Assembly (NCBI GenBank): GCA_050013255.1 | Contig: JBEKFP010000002.1 | Coordinates: 544,001-608,000 of the forward strand | DNA: 64,000 nt | Origin: Candidatus Bathyarchaeia archaeon | GTDB lineage: Archaea; Thermoproteota; Bathyarchaeia; 40CM-2-53-6 | Direction: 5' to 3' | Shown here: piece by piece, positions 39,844 to 49,727 of the stretch | How positions within the stretch are numbered: the stretch's first letter is position 1 | Layout of the letters: every line of letters begins with the position of its first letter | Translations under genes and position numbers: made by a program | The notes under the pieces: model-generated | Told to the model about the DNA's origin: nothing | Databases searched by the model: none | Seen by the model: the letters and a program-made list of their open reading frames with translations, nothing else

Positions 39844-40098
39844 TTGAACGAGATCTCCATCGCCACGATTGGATTCGGTCTTGTGTTCATCGGATTTGTC
39901 CTCGCATTAATCGCAGTAATCCTCCTTGCCACTAGGTCCGCCAACGCAGGGACAAAAACTCGCGGAGGGGGCATCCTGCTCATAGGCCCGATCCCAATAA
40001 TCTTCGGAACCGATCGCGAATCGGTGAAGATCCTCGTAATCTTATCCATAATTCTCATAGCCGTCGTCCTCATTGCATCAATATTCCTTGCCCGGTGA
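39844..40098 (+). CDS. DUF131/TIGR00304 membrane protein
   Basis: GGGILLIGPIPIIFGTD. Confidence 0.88.
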   Translation: MNEISIATIGFGLVFIGFVLALIAVILLATRSANAGTKTRGGGILLIGPIPIIFGTDRESVKILVILSIILIAVVLIASIFLAR

Positions 40099-40514
40099 AC
40101 CACATGTCACCCCCGCTCTGCCCAATCTGTGAAATGCGGCCGGCAACTCATGTCTGTCAAGATTGCAGGCGCGTTGCCTGCAGCAACTGCATCGACCCAA
40201 TCCATTTAGTCTGTTCTGAATGCCAAGCCAAACTGAGGCCTCCCTCACCGCCGGCAAGTTCGGCTACTTCACGATTCCCATTGGCGACGTGGCTATTTTT
40301 CATAGCTTTCGCCGTAATTTTCATCGGCATGCTGCTGATAACTTTCGGTTCAGCTTCAAACTCTGGCCAGTTTAGCGGAGGGGCAATCATTTTGATTGGG
40401 CCGATTCCAATAATCCTCGGAAGCGGACCCTATTCCGTCGCTCTAATCGTATTGGCCGGAATCCTCACAATCGCAGGGCTGATGTTCTTGTTAGTTTTGA
40501 GGAGACTTTCCTAG
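40095..40514 (+). CDS. DUF131 protein with N-terminal Zn finger
   Basis: Four CxxC pairs plus GGAIILIGPIPIILG. Confidence 0.8.
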   Translation: MNHMSPPLCPICEMRPATHVCQDCRRVACSNCIDPIHLVCSECQAKLRPPSPPASSATSRFPLATWLFFIAFAVIFIGMLLITFGSASNSGQFSGGAIILIGPIPIILGSGPYSVALIVLAGILTIAGLMFLLVLRRLS

Positions 40515-40527
40515 AGAGGTTTTGCGG

Positions 40528-41094
40528 CTAGGGAACCCTTTGGGATGGTTCGTTCACAGCTTGGCCGGCGGCCGTGGCTGCGATAACCTTCCTCATGGGA
40601 TGGTCGGCCTTCGACATTGGGCTATGAGAGAAGAACTTCAATTTCTCTTCCTCGTCGCGCCTGACCATGTAGCCAGGCACTGACACGATCTTTCCCGCCA
40701 CCGATATGTGCCCGTGCGAGACAAGTTGCCGTGCTTGGAAGGGTGTTTTCGCCAATCCTCTTCTGAAGACCATGGTTTGCAACCTACGTTCCAGCAAGTC
40801 TCGAATCTCCAAGTCCAGAACTTCATCGATGTTAGCGGATTCGGATAGAACTCCGATTCGGCTTAGCTTTGAAAGGTACTCGCGCTCTACTCGTTCGCGC
40901 TCTTCAGCGGTGGAACCTAGCAGTGACCTCGCTATGCCCCTGACCTGGGAAAGCATTGTTTTGTAGCGCCAGAGTTCTCGTTTGTTGCGGAGGCCGTATT
41001 CTCCCATTAGACGAAGTTCGAGCTCGAGCTGGTCCCTTCGCCATGGATGCCTCGGAGTCTCGTAGGTCTTTCGTTGTCTTTTCGGATCGCCCAT
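40528..41094 (-). CDS. rps4: Ribosomal protein uS4
   Basis: [20 protein letters not shown]. Confidence 0.96.
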   Translation of the reverse strand: MGDPKRQRKTYETPRHPWRRDQLELELRLMGEYGLRNKRELWRYKTMLSQVRGIARSLLGSTAEERERVEREYLSKLSRIGVLSESANIDEVLDLEIRDLLERRLQTMVFRRGLAKTPFQARQLVSHGHISVAGKIVSVPGYMVRRDEEEKLKFFSHSPMSKADHPMRKVIAATAAGQAVNEPSQRVP

Positions 41095-41106
41095 TTGCTA
41101 TCAGCC

Positions 41107-41622
41107 TTACTTCTTTTCTTCCTTAGGTTCCTCGCCTTTCCTATCAGCAGCCATAGCTGCCCTAGCAGCTTCCATAACAACCTTCTTTGCCACACCGACC
41201 GCCCTACCCTTCCGGCCCGTTGTCCTGGTCCGTTGTCCGCGAACCTTCAGGCCCAAAGAGTGTCTAATGCCCTTCCAGCTTCGAATATCCGTCATGAAAT
41301 CGACATCAGTCTTAATACTCAACGCTAGATCCGCGCCGATCAAATGCACGTCGCGGCCGCTGTCAGGACCCTTTCTTCTATTGAAAAGCCGTGAAGGCAG
41401 CCCGTACTTCGCAGGGTCCTTCATTACATCCTCCAGTTTCTGGACATCACCCTCAGAAAGGTCGCCCAACCTCGACTCTGGCCGAAGCTCCGCAGCCCGA
41501 ACTATTGCAACGGCATAGCTTGGCCCTACGCCCTTGATGTGCAAGAGGCCGTAAGCCAACTTCTTCGTCCCGTCTACGTTAGAGCCTGCAACGCGGAGGA
41601 TTTGCCTGAATTCTCTAGACAT
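41107..41622 (-). CDS. rps13: Ribosomal protein uS13
   Basis: IKGVG, GIRHSLGLKVRGQRTRTTGR. Confidence 0.96.
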   Translation of the reverse strand: MSREFRQILRVAGSNVDGTKKLAYGLLHIKGVGPSYAVAIVRAAELRPESRLGDLSEGDVQKLEDVMKDPAKYGLPSRLFNRRKGPDSGRDVHLIGADLALSIKTDVDFMTDIRSWKGIRHSLGLKVRGQRTRTTGRKGRAVGVAKKVVMEAARAAMAADRKGEEPKEEKK

Positions 41623-41720
41623 CTGCTTTTTACACCGAATGAGAAGTAGCGAAAGGCTGAATTGTATTAAACCTTGCCGGAAACCGAGTCCAGAATAACC
41701 CTAGCTACGCCCTGGTCAAC

Positions 41721-43166
41721 TCATGGCCGTATGAGTTCCTCAGCCTTCTGCTGAACGACATCCCAAGCCGCTGAAACATCTTCCCAATTGGTCTTCAGAT
41801 TACCTATCGCCAATCGGATCCCGAATTTCCCCCTGAGTTTCGTGTGCGAGAGAAATACTCGGCCTGTTTCGTTCACTGCTTCCAACAGTTTCTCGTTGAG
41901 GTCGTTGATTTCCGAGTCTGACGGAGACCTACTCCTTGGCAGGTTCTTGGGGGAGAATCGGAAGACTAGAGTGCTGAAGGGAACCGGGGCCAACATCTGA
42001 AAGTCTGGATGGCACTCAATTAGCTCCGCGAGTCTTCGGGCGTAGGCAACGTGGTCTTTTATTGCGTTCGCGATGCCCTCGCATCCCAGGGAACGAATGA
42101 CCATCCATAGTTTGAGTGCGCGGAATCGCCGGCCTAAGCTTATGCCATAATCCATCAGATTCTTTTCTTCGCCAGTTCTTGTAGTGCGAAGGTATTCAGG
42201 TGTCAGACTGAAAGCCTGCTTGAGGCTGTCGGGGCGCTTGCAATAGAGGACGCTGCAATCGATTGGCGTGAACAGCCACTTGTGGGGATTAATGATTATG
42301 GAATCAGCATTCTCCCAGCCGGCAAATTGAGACCGCATCTCGGGTAAGATGGCTGCGGCGCCTCCATAAGCGGCGTCAACGTGAAGCCAGATCCCATATT
42401 TCCTGCAAACCTCGGCAATCTCCTTCACAGGGTCGACGCTCGTAGTTGAAGTGGTTCCAATCGTTGCAATAACACAGACTGGCCTTATGCCCGCATCGAG
42501 GTCTGACTGGACAGCCTTCTCTAAAGCATGAACGTCCATTCGAAATGCTTCGTCGGTCGAAATCTTCCGAATACCCTCCTGCCCGAAGCCTAGGACAATG
42601 GCGGCTTTCTCGATGGATGAATGGGCTTCCTCTGAGCTGTAGGCCCGCAGTTGAGGAAGTTCCCTTCTACCGGCCAGACCTTTCTCGCGGACTTGCAGGT
42701 TTATGGCCTCTCGCGCTGCGGCCATAGCGCACATGCTGCCAACCGAAGCGGTATCATTTATCACGCCCTCAAACTGCTGGGGAAGGCCAACCATCTGCCG
42801 TAACCAATCCAATACCACTTCCTCTAGTTCGGTGGCTGCTGGGGAGGTCTTCCATAACATGGCGTTCACGTTCAACGCACTTGACAAGAATTCGCCGATG
42901 ATTCCAGGATAGGACCCTGTGATTGAGAAGTAAGCGAAGAATCGAGGATGATTCCAATGAGTAATTCCGGGCAAAATGACTTTCTGAAAATCGCTTAGCA
43001 CATTCTCGAAGGGTTCCGGCTTTTCAGGTGGGGATTTTGGTAGTCTTGATTTGATTTCGTCTGGTTTTGCGCGGGACAATACCGGATAGTCGTTCATGTT
43101 CTCTAGATAGTTAGCGATCCAATCGGCTGTCTGGTGACTGTATTTTCTGAAGAGGTCTGGGGACAA
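41721..43166 (-). CDS. PLP-dependent aromatic-L-amino-acid decarboxylase (group II)
   Basis: PGITHWNHP.FFAYF, SPAATELE, HVDAAY, NPHKW, LGRRFRALKLW; start probably TTG 43166 (ORF track 43250). Confidence 0.9.
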   Translation of the reverse strand: MSPDLFRKYSHQTADWIANYLENMNDYPVLSRAKPDEIKSRLPKSPPEKPEPFENVLSDFQKVILPGITHWNHPRFFAYFSITGSYPGIIGEFLSSALNVNAMLWKTSPAATELEEVVLDWLRQMVGLPQQFEGVINDTASVGSMCAMAAAREAINLQVREKGLAGRRELPQLRAYSSEEAHSSIEKAAIVLGFGQEGIRKISTDEAFRMDVHALEKAVQSDLDAGIRPVCVIATIGTTSTTSVDPVKEIAEVCRKYGIWLHVDAAYGGAAAILPEMRSQFAGWENADSIIINPHKWLFTPIDCSVLYCKRPDSLKQAFSLTPEYLRTTRTGEEKNLMDYGISLGRRFRALKLWMVIRSLGCEGIANAIKDHVAYARRLAELIECHPDFQMLAPVPFSTLVFRFSPKNLPRSRSPSDSEINDLNEKLLEAVNETGRVFLSHTKLRGKFGIRLAIGNLKTNWEDVSAAWDVVQQKAEELIRP

Positions 43167-43545
43167 ATCTCGATGTTGAGAATCGATTTTTGAAATACCT
43201 TGTCGTGGAGTGGCCAATCGACTTCGCACGCCTATGGTACGCCCGTGCAATTTCTGCTTTCATGTTTACCGGTCGTTAACCATGGAATTGCTATGGAGAA
43301 AACGTATGACACCCAAATTGGGAGGTAATCGAAATAGCCTTCAGAATGGAGCAGCACGAAGTAACCACTCAGGTCCAACGTGAAATTGTGTTCACTCAAT
43401 CACCAGAGAGTATCTGAAGCCAACTCAAACGCCTTGGGCTGAACGTGGAAGCTTGAAAGAGAAAACATACTCAGAATTTGCGATTGGTATTCGGCCACTG
43501 TAAACGGTAATATGTGTGCAAGTCGGATTACTGGGTTGATAGAGA

Positions 43546-44922
43546 ATGGAATCCACTGCAATAGACAAGTTTCGAACCAGTCTCCGTGGAGAGTTGATTC
43601 AACCGAAGGATGAAGGATACGACGCGGCCCGTAAGGTTTACAATGGTATGATCGACCGCAAGCCCCGATTTATCGTACGTTGTTCGGATGTGGCTGACAT
43701 AATCAGCTCCGTCAAGTTCGCGAAGGAGAACAAACTGCTTCTTGCAGTTCGTGGGGGCGGACACAACGGAGCAGGACTGGGAGTATGCGATGACGGGTTA
43801 GTCATAGATCTTTCCCGTAGACGGGGCATCCGCGTGAATCCTAAGAAACGCACAGTCCAAGTAGAGAGCGGCTGCACCTGGGGAGAAGTAGATCACGCCA
43901 CTCAAGCTTTTGGTCTTGCGGTACCAAGCGGAATCATTTCAACCACAGGGGTTGCTGGCCTCACGTTGGGAGGAGGACACGGTTACCTGACCAGAAAGTT
44001 CGGATTGACTATCGACAATTTGCTCGAAGCGGACCTAGTCTTGGCCGATGGGAGCTTCGTTACTGCCAACGCTGATGAAAACGAGGACCTGTATTGGGCA
44101 ATTCGCGGTGGTGGAGGAAACTTTGGTGTCGTGACATCTTTCACGTTCAAGGCGCATCCTGTTAGCACTGTCTACGCTGGCCCGATGTTGTGGCCTCTCG
44201 ATAAGGCTGTGGAGGTGATGCAGTGGTATCGTGACTTCAGTAAAAAAGCTCCCGAGGATTTGTATGGGTTCTTTGGGATCCTGAATGTGCCACCTGGCCC
44301 ACCGTTTCCAGAACAGCTCCATCGCAAAACCATGTGTGCTGTCGTCTGGTGCTACTGTGGACCGAGGGAGAAGGCTGAGGAAGTATTCCGTCCCATTCGT
44401 AAGGAAGGACCACCGGTGGTCGATTTTGTTGGGCCGGTTCCTTATTCTGGTCTGCAAGGGTTATTCGACCAACTCTTCCCTCCGGGCTTGCAGTGGTACT
44501 GGAAAGGCGATTTCGTCAACGAGTTAAGCGACGTAGCCATTAAACTGCATTTGAAATACGGCTCTGAACTTCCTTCGCTACTGTCAACCATGCACCTTTA
44601 CCCAATCGATGGCGCAGTGCACAGAGTCGGAAAGAGTGACACACCTTTCAGCTATCGTGACTCCACATGGTCCATGGTGATAGGCGGGATTGATTCGAAC
44701 CCAGCGAATAACGAACGTATCACAAAATGGGCGAAGACGTACTGGGAAGCGTTACATCCCTACTCTGCAGGAGGCGCATACGTCAATTTCATGATGGAAG
44801 AGGGACAAAGTCGAGTAGAGGCAACCTATGGTCAGAACTACAAGCGCCTATCTGAGATCAAGAGGAAATATGATCCAACGAACTTGTTCCGGGTAAACCA
44901 GAACATCCCGCCTGCTCAATGA
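43546..44922 (+). CDS. FAD-linked oxidase, BBE/6-hydroxy-D-nicotine oxidase-like
   Basis: RGGGHN (flavinylation His), GGGHG, RGGGGNFG, YVNF, KYDPTNLFR. Confidence 0.92.
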   Translation: MESTAIDKFRTSLRGELIQPKDEGYDAARKVYNGMIDRKPRFIVRCSDVADIISSVKFAKENKLLLAVRGGGHNGAGLGVCDDGLVIDLSRRRGIRVNPKKRTVQVESGCTWGEVDHATQAFGLAVPSGIISTTGVAGLTLGGGHGYLTRKFGLTIDNLLEADLVLADGSFVTANADENEDLYWAIRGGGGNFGVVTSFTFKAHPVSTVYAGPMLWPLDKAVEVMQWYRDFSKKAPEDLYGFFGILNVPPGPPFPEQLHRKTMCAVVWCYCGPREKAEEVFRPIRKEGPPVVDFVGPVPYSGLQGLFDQLFPPGLQWYWKGDFVNELSDVAIKLHLKYGSELPSLLSTMHLYPIDGAVHRVGKSDTPFSYRDSTWSMVIGGIDSNPANNERITKWAKTYWEALHPYSAGGAYVNFMMEEGQSRVEATYGQNYKRLSEIKRKYDPTNLFRVNQNIPPAQ

Positions 44923-44925
44923 GCG

Positions 44926-45630
44926 TCACTCTTCCAAAGTGACTTCGAAGTTCTCGTGGCTGATCCTTAGCCGATGCCATCGCGAATCGAAGCCCACATT
45001 ACGCATTGTCCTAATCCTAATCATGTTAACGACTTCTTCACTCTCCGTCTTAATTCTGAAATCGATTATTCCATCGCTCACGCTTTCAAGCCTCTTGTAG
45101 ACTAGACTGCTGTGCACGTCTCTGATGACGCCGCGCAGGCAAGTCATATTCCTGACCTTAAAAGCGGGGATAGATCTTGCGAGTTCGTATTCCACCCAGT
45201 TCTTCTCATCGTTGAATCTGTCCAGAACTGAAATGTCTTCCCCAATCGCCAATGTGTCTGTAGCAAGTGGTCCCTTCATCCGTACTTGAGAAACATGAAT
45301 ACTCAAGTCTGCGACCTTCAGCGAATCGGCTCCACGCTTTTCTTTTGACACTTGTCCCAACGTAGTGGTGTACCAGTCCCAGATTTCGAGGGCTCCATTA
45401 TTCTCAAGCTCCTCTGTATCTATCCCAAGTCGAACAAGTTGGTTGCGAACGCTTTCTGGTGAATGTGCGAAAGCGTAGTACTGGACCTTTCCACCAGTTT
45501 TCAACCATCCCGCGACGATGGTGGTCAATGCATTGTACCATTGCGACGCCGCGTCGAACTCCGCCAAGAGAACTGACCCAGCAGGAACGGGACCTGTACT
45601 CAAATCCTCGATTAACGGAATCCGTGGCAC
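44926..45630 (-). CDS. KaiC/RAD55-like protein 1, Walker A lost
   Basis: RecA-fold pattern (DWY, DGIIDF, IRTMR); EFDAASQW at the P-loop position. Confidence 0.8.
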   Translation of the reverse strand: MPRIPLIEDLSTGPVPAGSVLLAEFDAASQWYNALTTIVAGWLKTGGKVQYYAFAHSPESVRNQLVRLGIDTEELENNGALEIWDWYTTTLGQVSKEKRGADSLKVADLSIHVSQVRMKGPLATDTLAIGEDISVLDRFNDEKNWVEYELARSIPAFKVRNMTCLRGVIRDVHSSLVYKRLESVSDGIIDFRIKTESEEVVNMIRIRTMRNVGFDSRWHRLRISHENFEVTLEE

Positions 45631-45707
45631 AGTTGGAACACACGAACATAGTCGGGCCAGCTGGAAGTTGTGGCTTTCGGTTCAGAAGGTGTGTCTGCTC
45701 ACCATTA

Positions 45708-45764
45708 GACCCACACGAAAATCTGCGGATTCTGAAAGTAAGATTCAGAATGGCGCCGGGAGAG
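45708..45764. repeat. Direct repeat of the tRNA-Ser 3' end plus downstream flank (att-like)
   Basis: GACCCACACGAAAATCTGCGGATT...GATTCAGAATGGCGCCGGGAGAG closely matches 49684-49741. Confidence 0.85.
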
Positions 45765-45932
45765 AGCACTTAACTGAAGGTTCAACGCCTGTCTGGGGTC
45801 CCCCACCTGTATTCTCGTCGGAAACGAACTAGTTGTGCAAATCCCACCGGCTACACATTTTTCGTGGGTTCAATCACCACTGTGTGTCTAATGGTTGGCG
45901 CATATTCCCTAATAGCGGCTGCTCGCGTTTCG

Positions 45933-46646
45933 TTACTTTTCGAGTTTAACTTCGAAGTTCTCGGCGATTTTCAGTCGATGCCATCGAGAATCGAAGCCGA
46001 CGTTCCGCATGACCCTGATTCGGATGAAATTGACAACTTCACCAGCGCTCTCTTCGACCTTGAAATCTATTACGCCGTCAACTTCAGCTTCCAGACGCTT
46101 GTAGAGATAGTCGCTGTGAATCCCACCTATCACTCCGATCAGATTAGTCAGTTGATACTGCACCGTATAGGGGAAATCGCGTGTAAGCTCATATTCAACC
46201 AGGGCTTTTTCATCGTTGAATCTGCTAAGACTTGAAAGGTCGTCCATTACGATGAGGTGCGAGGGAGCCGGTCCGTAATCCTCGCTTTTCATTTCTTGAC
46301 TGGTGGAAATGCTGAGATCAGCAACCTTCAGGGAATCGAAAGTGAGTCTTTCAGTTGATTTCTTTCCGTGCGCTGCAGCGTGCCCGTCCAATATTCTCAG
46401 TCCCTCCCAGTCAAGTTTCTCAAGTTGCTCAACATCCAGTCCAAGACGTAGAAGTTTTGAGCGAATGCTGCTCGGTGATTGAGCCAAGGCGTTGTACGAG
46501 ACTGTCCCTCCTGACTTGATCCATTCCGCTACCATGGTTAGCGAGGTATTGTACCATTGGGAGGCAGCACCGTACTCCACTAGAAGATTGGATGGAGGAG
46601 GCAGCGGTTCGAACAGCAAATCTTGAATCAATGCGAGACGTGGCAG
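45933..46646 (-). CDS. KaiC/RAD55-like protein 2, Walker A lost
   Basis: Paralog; EYGAASQW; CTG start at 46646 inferred from alignment (PRLALIQDL). Confidence 0.8.
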   Translation of the reverse strand: MPRLALIQDLLFEPLPPPSNLLVEYGAASQWYNTSLTMVAEWIKSGGTVSYNALAQSPSSIRSKLLRLGLDVEQLEKLDWEGLRILDGHAAAHGKKSTERLTFDSLKVADLSISTSQEMKSEDYGPAPSHLIVMDDLSSLSRFNDEKALVEYELTRDFPYTVQYQLTNLIGVIGGIHSDYLYKRLEAEVDGVIDFKVEESAGEVVNFIRIRVMRNVGFDSRWHRLKIAENFEVKLEK

Positions 46647-46768
46647 GGTCGGTTCACATGGTCAAGATGTGCGAGCGGGAAGTTGTGGATTTCGGTTTTG
46701 TATGTGTGGGTCATATGGTGCGCATACACAAAACTAGTTTGTGCCTTCAAATCCCTTCTTCATTAGGA

Positions 46769-47410
46769 TTAGGTGCCTGCGTAATCCGCGCTCAACGCCC
46801 TGGACCGTTTTTTGCGGGACACCTTTACTCCCAGATTCCTAGCCAGGCGCCTGACTTCCTCTTCATCCAGCCACGTTACCCTCAAGTAATCAACTATCTC
46901 CTCGTCAGCCATCCCAAGCCTGCGCGCTTCCTTTATCGTGTGCTTGTACGCTTCGAGCTCAGTGGGTCTATCAACATATTCAAACCTCTTACCCAAGCTC
47001 AATAATATCTCTCTGCCATCTCTGAACTGTTTTACATGAACAAGTTCGTGAATCAGATCCAGGTAGATTTCTCGCGTTTCTCCATCCCTCAGGTAATTTG
47101 CATTGGCGATCAAGTGTCCGTCTTCGTCGCTGACCCAGATGTAGTCAGATCGAGAACGGACAAACTCCACTCGAAGGCCCGCCAAAACCTCGTCAGTTTC
47201 TTGACCAAAGATCTCACGAACCGCGCCCACCGCCTGAAATCCTTTGAAATAGTCGTTAAAACTGTGTCTCGTCTTAGAACCGCGTTTCGACGTAGGAACT
47301 TGCCGTATAATCTGTACGTTTGTCAACCCCACCATCCGGCTTGTCGCTCGCTTCAAAGTCTGCCCACTCTTATCCACGATTCCAGCAAGGCACGTACACA
47401 GTAATTGCAA
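46769..47410 (-). CDS. Putative zincin-like HExxH protein
   Basis: DLIHELVHVKQ...YVDRPTELEAY; true start probably downstream of 47410. Confidence 0.65.
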   Translation of the reverse strand: MQLLCTCLAGIVDKSGQTLKRATSRMVGLTNVQIIRQVPTSKRGSKTRHSFNDYFKGFQAVGAVREIFGQETDEVLAGLRVEFVRSRSDYIWVSDEDGHLIANANYLRDGETREIYLDLIHELVHVKQFRDGREILLSLGKRFEYVDRPTELEAYKHTIKEARRLGMADEEIVDYLRVTWLDEEEVRRLARNLGVKVSRKKRSRALSADYAGT

Positions 47411-47524
47411 GTATCATTGAAAGCTTTTCAATTAGCCGAGCATCCCTTCGAGGCTGCTAAAGTTGCTCTCGACACCCTTTTCTTTCTCTTTGTATCGACA
47501 GTAACCTAGAAGGATCCCGACCTT

Positions 47525-47968
47525 TTGTTAGAGAAGCATACTTACCACGTTTCAAAAGTCTTCAATGCTCCATTGAAATTTGTCTATGACTGGCTGACCG
47601 ATTACAAAGAGGACGATAACCAGATAACGGGCTCAAAGACGCAGTTTAAGATCTTGCAGAAAACCAAGCGTCGGGTAATCTACCTTCGGACATCTGAGCG
47701 GAACGGAAAGACTATGATCGGCGTGAAAATGGTCATGCTACGCCCGCCCAAAGCTTGGTACCTAGATCAAGTGGGAGAGGACGAGGACGCGATTGGCACC
47801 TACAAATTAACGCGAGTAGGACCAGAAAAAACGAGGCTCGATATGACGTTTACAGAAAAGTACAAGATAAGTGATGCCCCCACCAAAGAAGAAGACAGAA
47901 ACCACACCGACCAAATGTGGGATAAGTACGTGGCCGCTCTGGAGAAGGACTACGCTTCCGACCATTAA
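47525..47968 (+). CDS. SRPBCC/START-like protein
   Basis: FNAPLKFVYDWLTDY, beta meander, C-terminal helix YVAALEKDY. Confidence 0.6.
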   Translation: MLEKHTYHVSKVFNAPLKFVYDWLTDYKEDDNQITGSKTQFKILQKTKRRVIYLRTSERNGKTMIGVKMVMLRPPKAWYLDQVGEDEDAIGTYKLTRVGPEKTRLDMTFTEKYKISDAPTKEEDRNHTDQMWDKYVAALEKDYASDH

Positions 47969-48032
47969 CCACTTTAATGTATAGACGCTGAAATGGTAGA
48001 GATCGAGTGCACCGGTCTCTGGTGTGTGTAAC

Positions 48033-48746
48033 ATGCGTCTTGCGTTGATCGAGGATTTGCTAACTGAACCCTTGCCAGCTGGCTCTAATCTTTTGGTGGA
48101 GTATGACGCCGCGTCCCAATGGTACCGTGCGTCCGTGAACATCGCGAGAGAATGGCTGAGAGACGGAGGTGAGGTTGGTTATAATGTGGCGGCGCAGTTT
48201 CCAGACAGTCTACGATCTCAACTCAGGAAGCTAGGACTGAAAGTGGAAGAGTTCGAAACTGACGGGAAACTGGAGGTCTGGGACTGGTACTCCGCAACAC
48301 TTGGCCAAAAATCGAAGGAAAAGTTCGTCGGGGCCAGTAGTCTGAAAGCAGCAGACCTGAGCATAGCCATTTCGAAGGATGAATTGAAGCCTGCGATGGC
48401 TGGAGAAGCCTACCCTAGATATTTGAGAATCTGGGACAACTCATCCGTCCTGGCCAGATTCAACGACGACAGGGCCTGGGTTGAATTTCTAGTCACCCGA
48501 ATATTTCCATCGGCATTCTACACAAAGTCAACTCTGATAGTAGGAGTGATTCGGGGGGTCCACAGCGATGCGGTCTACAGACAATTGGAGGACGCAGCCG
48601 ATGGCGTGATCGACTTCAAAATTGAGGACATAGGCGAGAAGACTAGGGATGTCCTAAGGATTAGAAGCATGCGAAACGTTAGCTTTGACCGGGAGTGGCA
48701 CCGACTGAAAATTGGCGAGAACTTTGAAGTCAGCCTAGACAAGTAG
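48033..48746 (+). CDS. KaiC/RAD55-like protein 3, Walker A lost
   Basis: Paralog; EYDAASQW. Confidence 0.8.
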   Translation: MRLALIEDLLTEPLPAGSNLLVEYDAASQWYRASVNIAREWLRDGGEVGYNVAAQFPDSLRSQLRKLGLKVEEFETDGKLEVWDWYSATLGQKSKEKFVGASSLKAADLSIAISKDELKPAMAGEAYPRYLRIWDNSSVLARFNDDRAWVEFLVTRIFPSAFYTKSTLIVGVIRGVHSDAVYRQLEDAADGVIDFKIEDIGEKTRDVLRIRSMRNVSFDREWHRLKIGENFEVSLDK

Positions 48747-48869
48747 TAAGGTTGTGGCCAGTTTTTCGTGTGCGTGCGCGCACCACTAGACCAACATACA
48801 CTGGAAAACCAACCAAGAACCGAAATCTACAACTTAGAGTTCGCTTCATGCGGGTTATGTGAACGCATC

Positions 48870-49592
48870 GTGCCGCGTCTCCCCTTAATCGAGGATTTGA
48901 CCAACCGCCCAATAACCGCCGGCTCCTGGCTGATGGTCGAGTATACTGGCGCATCACGATGGTACAATGCTTGCCTCACGATCGCGGCGGGGTGGCTCAA
49001 AACTGGCGGTAGAGTTAGCTACAGTGCTTACGCTTGGCCGTCGGAGAATGTTCGTTCTCAACTGAACCTCCTCGGATTGAGGGCAGAAGAACTGGAGAAG
49101 GAAGACAGACTGCGCATTTGGGACTGGTATACGGCCACGCTGGGTCATAAATCCAAAGAGAAGCTATCCGTCGATTCGTTGAAGGTTGCTGATCTCAGCA
49201 TATTGTTCTCAAGAGAGGTAATGGCCGGTCATCCCGCCCTCGAACGACAGCCCTACGGCCCTGACTGGTTGAGAATTGCAGATAACGGCTCAACTCTGGC
49301 TAGGTTCAACGATGAGAAAGCTTGGGTGGAATTCAGACTCACTCGAGACATTCCAAGTGCGTCGTCCACGAAATCAACGGCAATCGTCGCTTTCATCAAA
49401 GGCCTACACAGCAGTTGGGCCTATGAGCAATTGGAGGCAGCGGTTGATGGTATCATAGATTTCAAGCTCGAGGAGGTGGGAGAGGAGACGATAAACCTGA
49501 TGAGGATAAGGAGTATGCGGAATGTCGGCTTTGACTCGCGATGGCATCGACTTAGGGTCAGCGAGAATTTCGAAGTCACTTTAGAAAATTAG
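48870..49592 (+). CDS. KaiC/RAD55-like protein 4, Walker A lost
   Basis: Paralog; EYTGASRW; GTG start by alignment. Confidence 0.8.
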   Translation: MPRLPLIEDLTNRPITAGSWLMVEYTGASRWYNACLTIAAGWLKTGGRVSYSAYAWPSENVRSQLNLLGLRAEELEKEDRLRIWDWYTATLGHKSKEKLSVDSLKVADLSILFSREVMAGHPALERQPYGPDWLRIADNGSTLARFNDEKAWVEFRLTRDIPSASSTKSTAIVAFIKGLHSSWAYEQLEAAVDGIIDFKLEEVGEETINLMRIRSMRNVGFDSRWHRLRVSENFEVTLEN

Positions 49593-49727
49593 TCATTCAT
49601 CTTTCGTTCTTTGTGTGTGCGGTATCAACAGGGCGAGCACTGAAAATTGAACCGTATTTTTCCCGCGTGAGTGCGCACCACTGGACCCACACGAAAATCT
49701 GCGGATTCCGAAAGATAGGATTCAGAA

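Noticed and set aside
44926-49592. Circadian KaiABC clock or DGR-diversified array
   Set aside because: Single-domain proteins without Walker A, no KaiB; no reverse transcriptase, and I saw no adenine-specific TR/VR pattern
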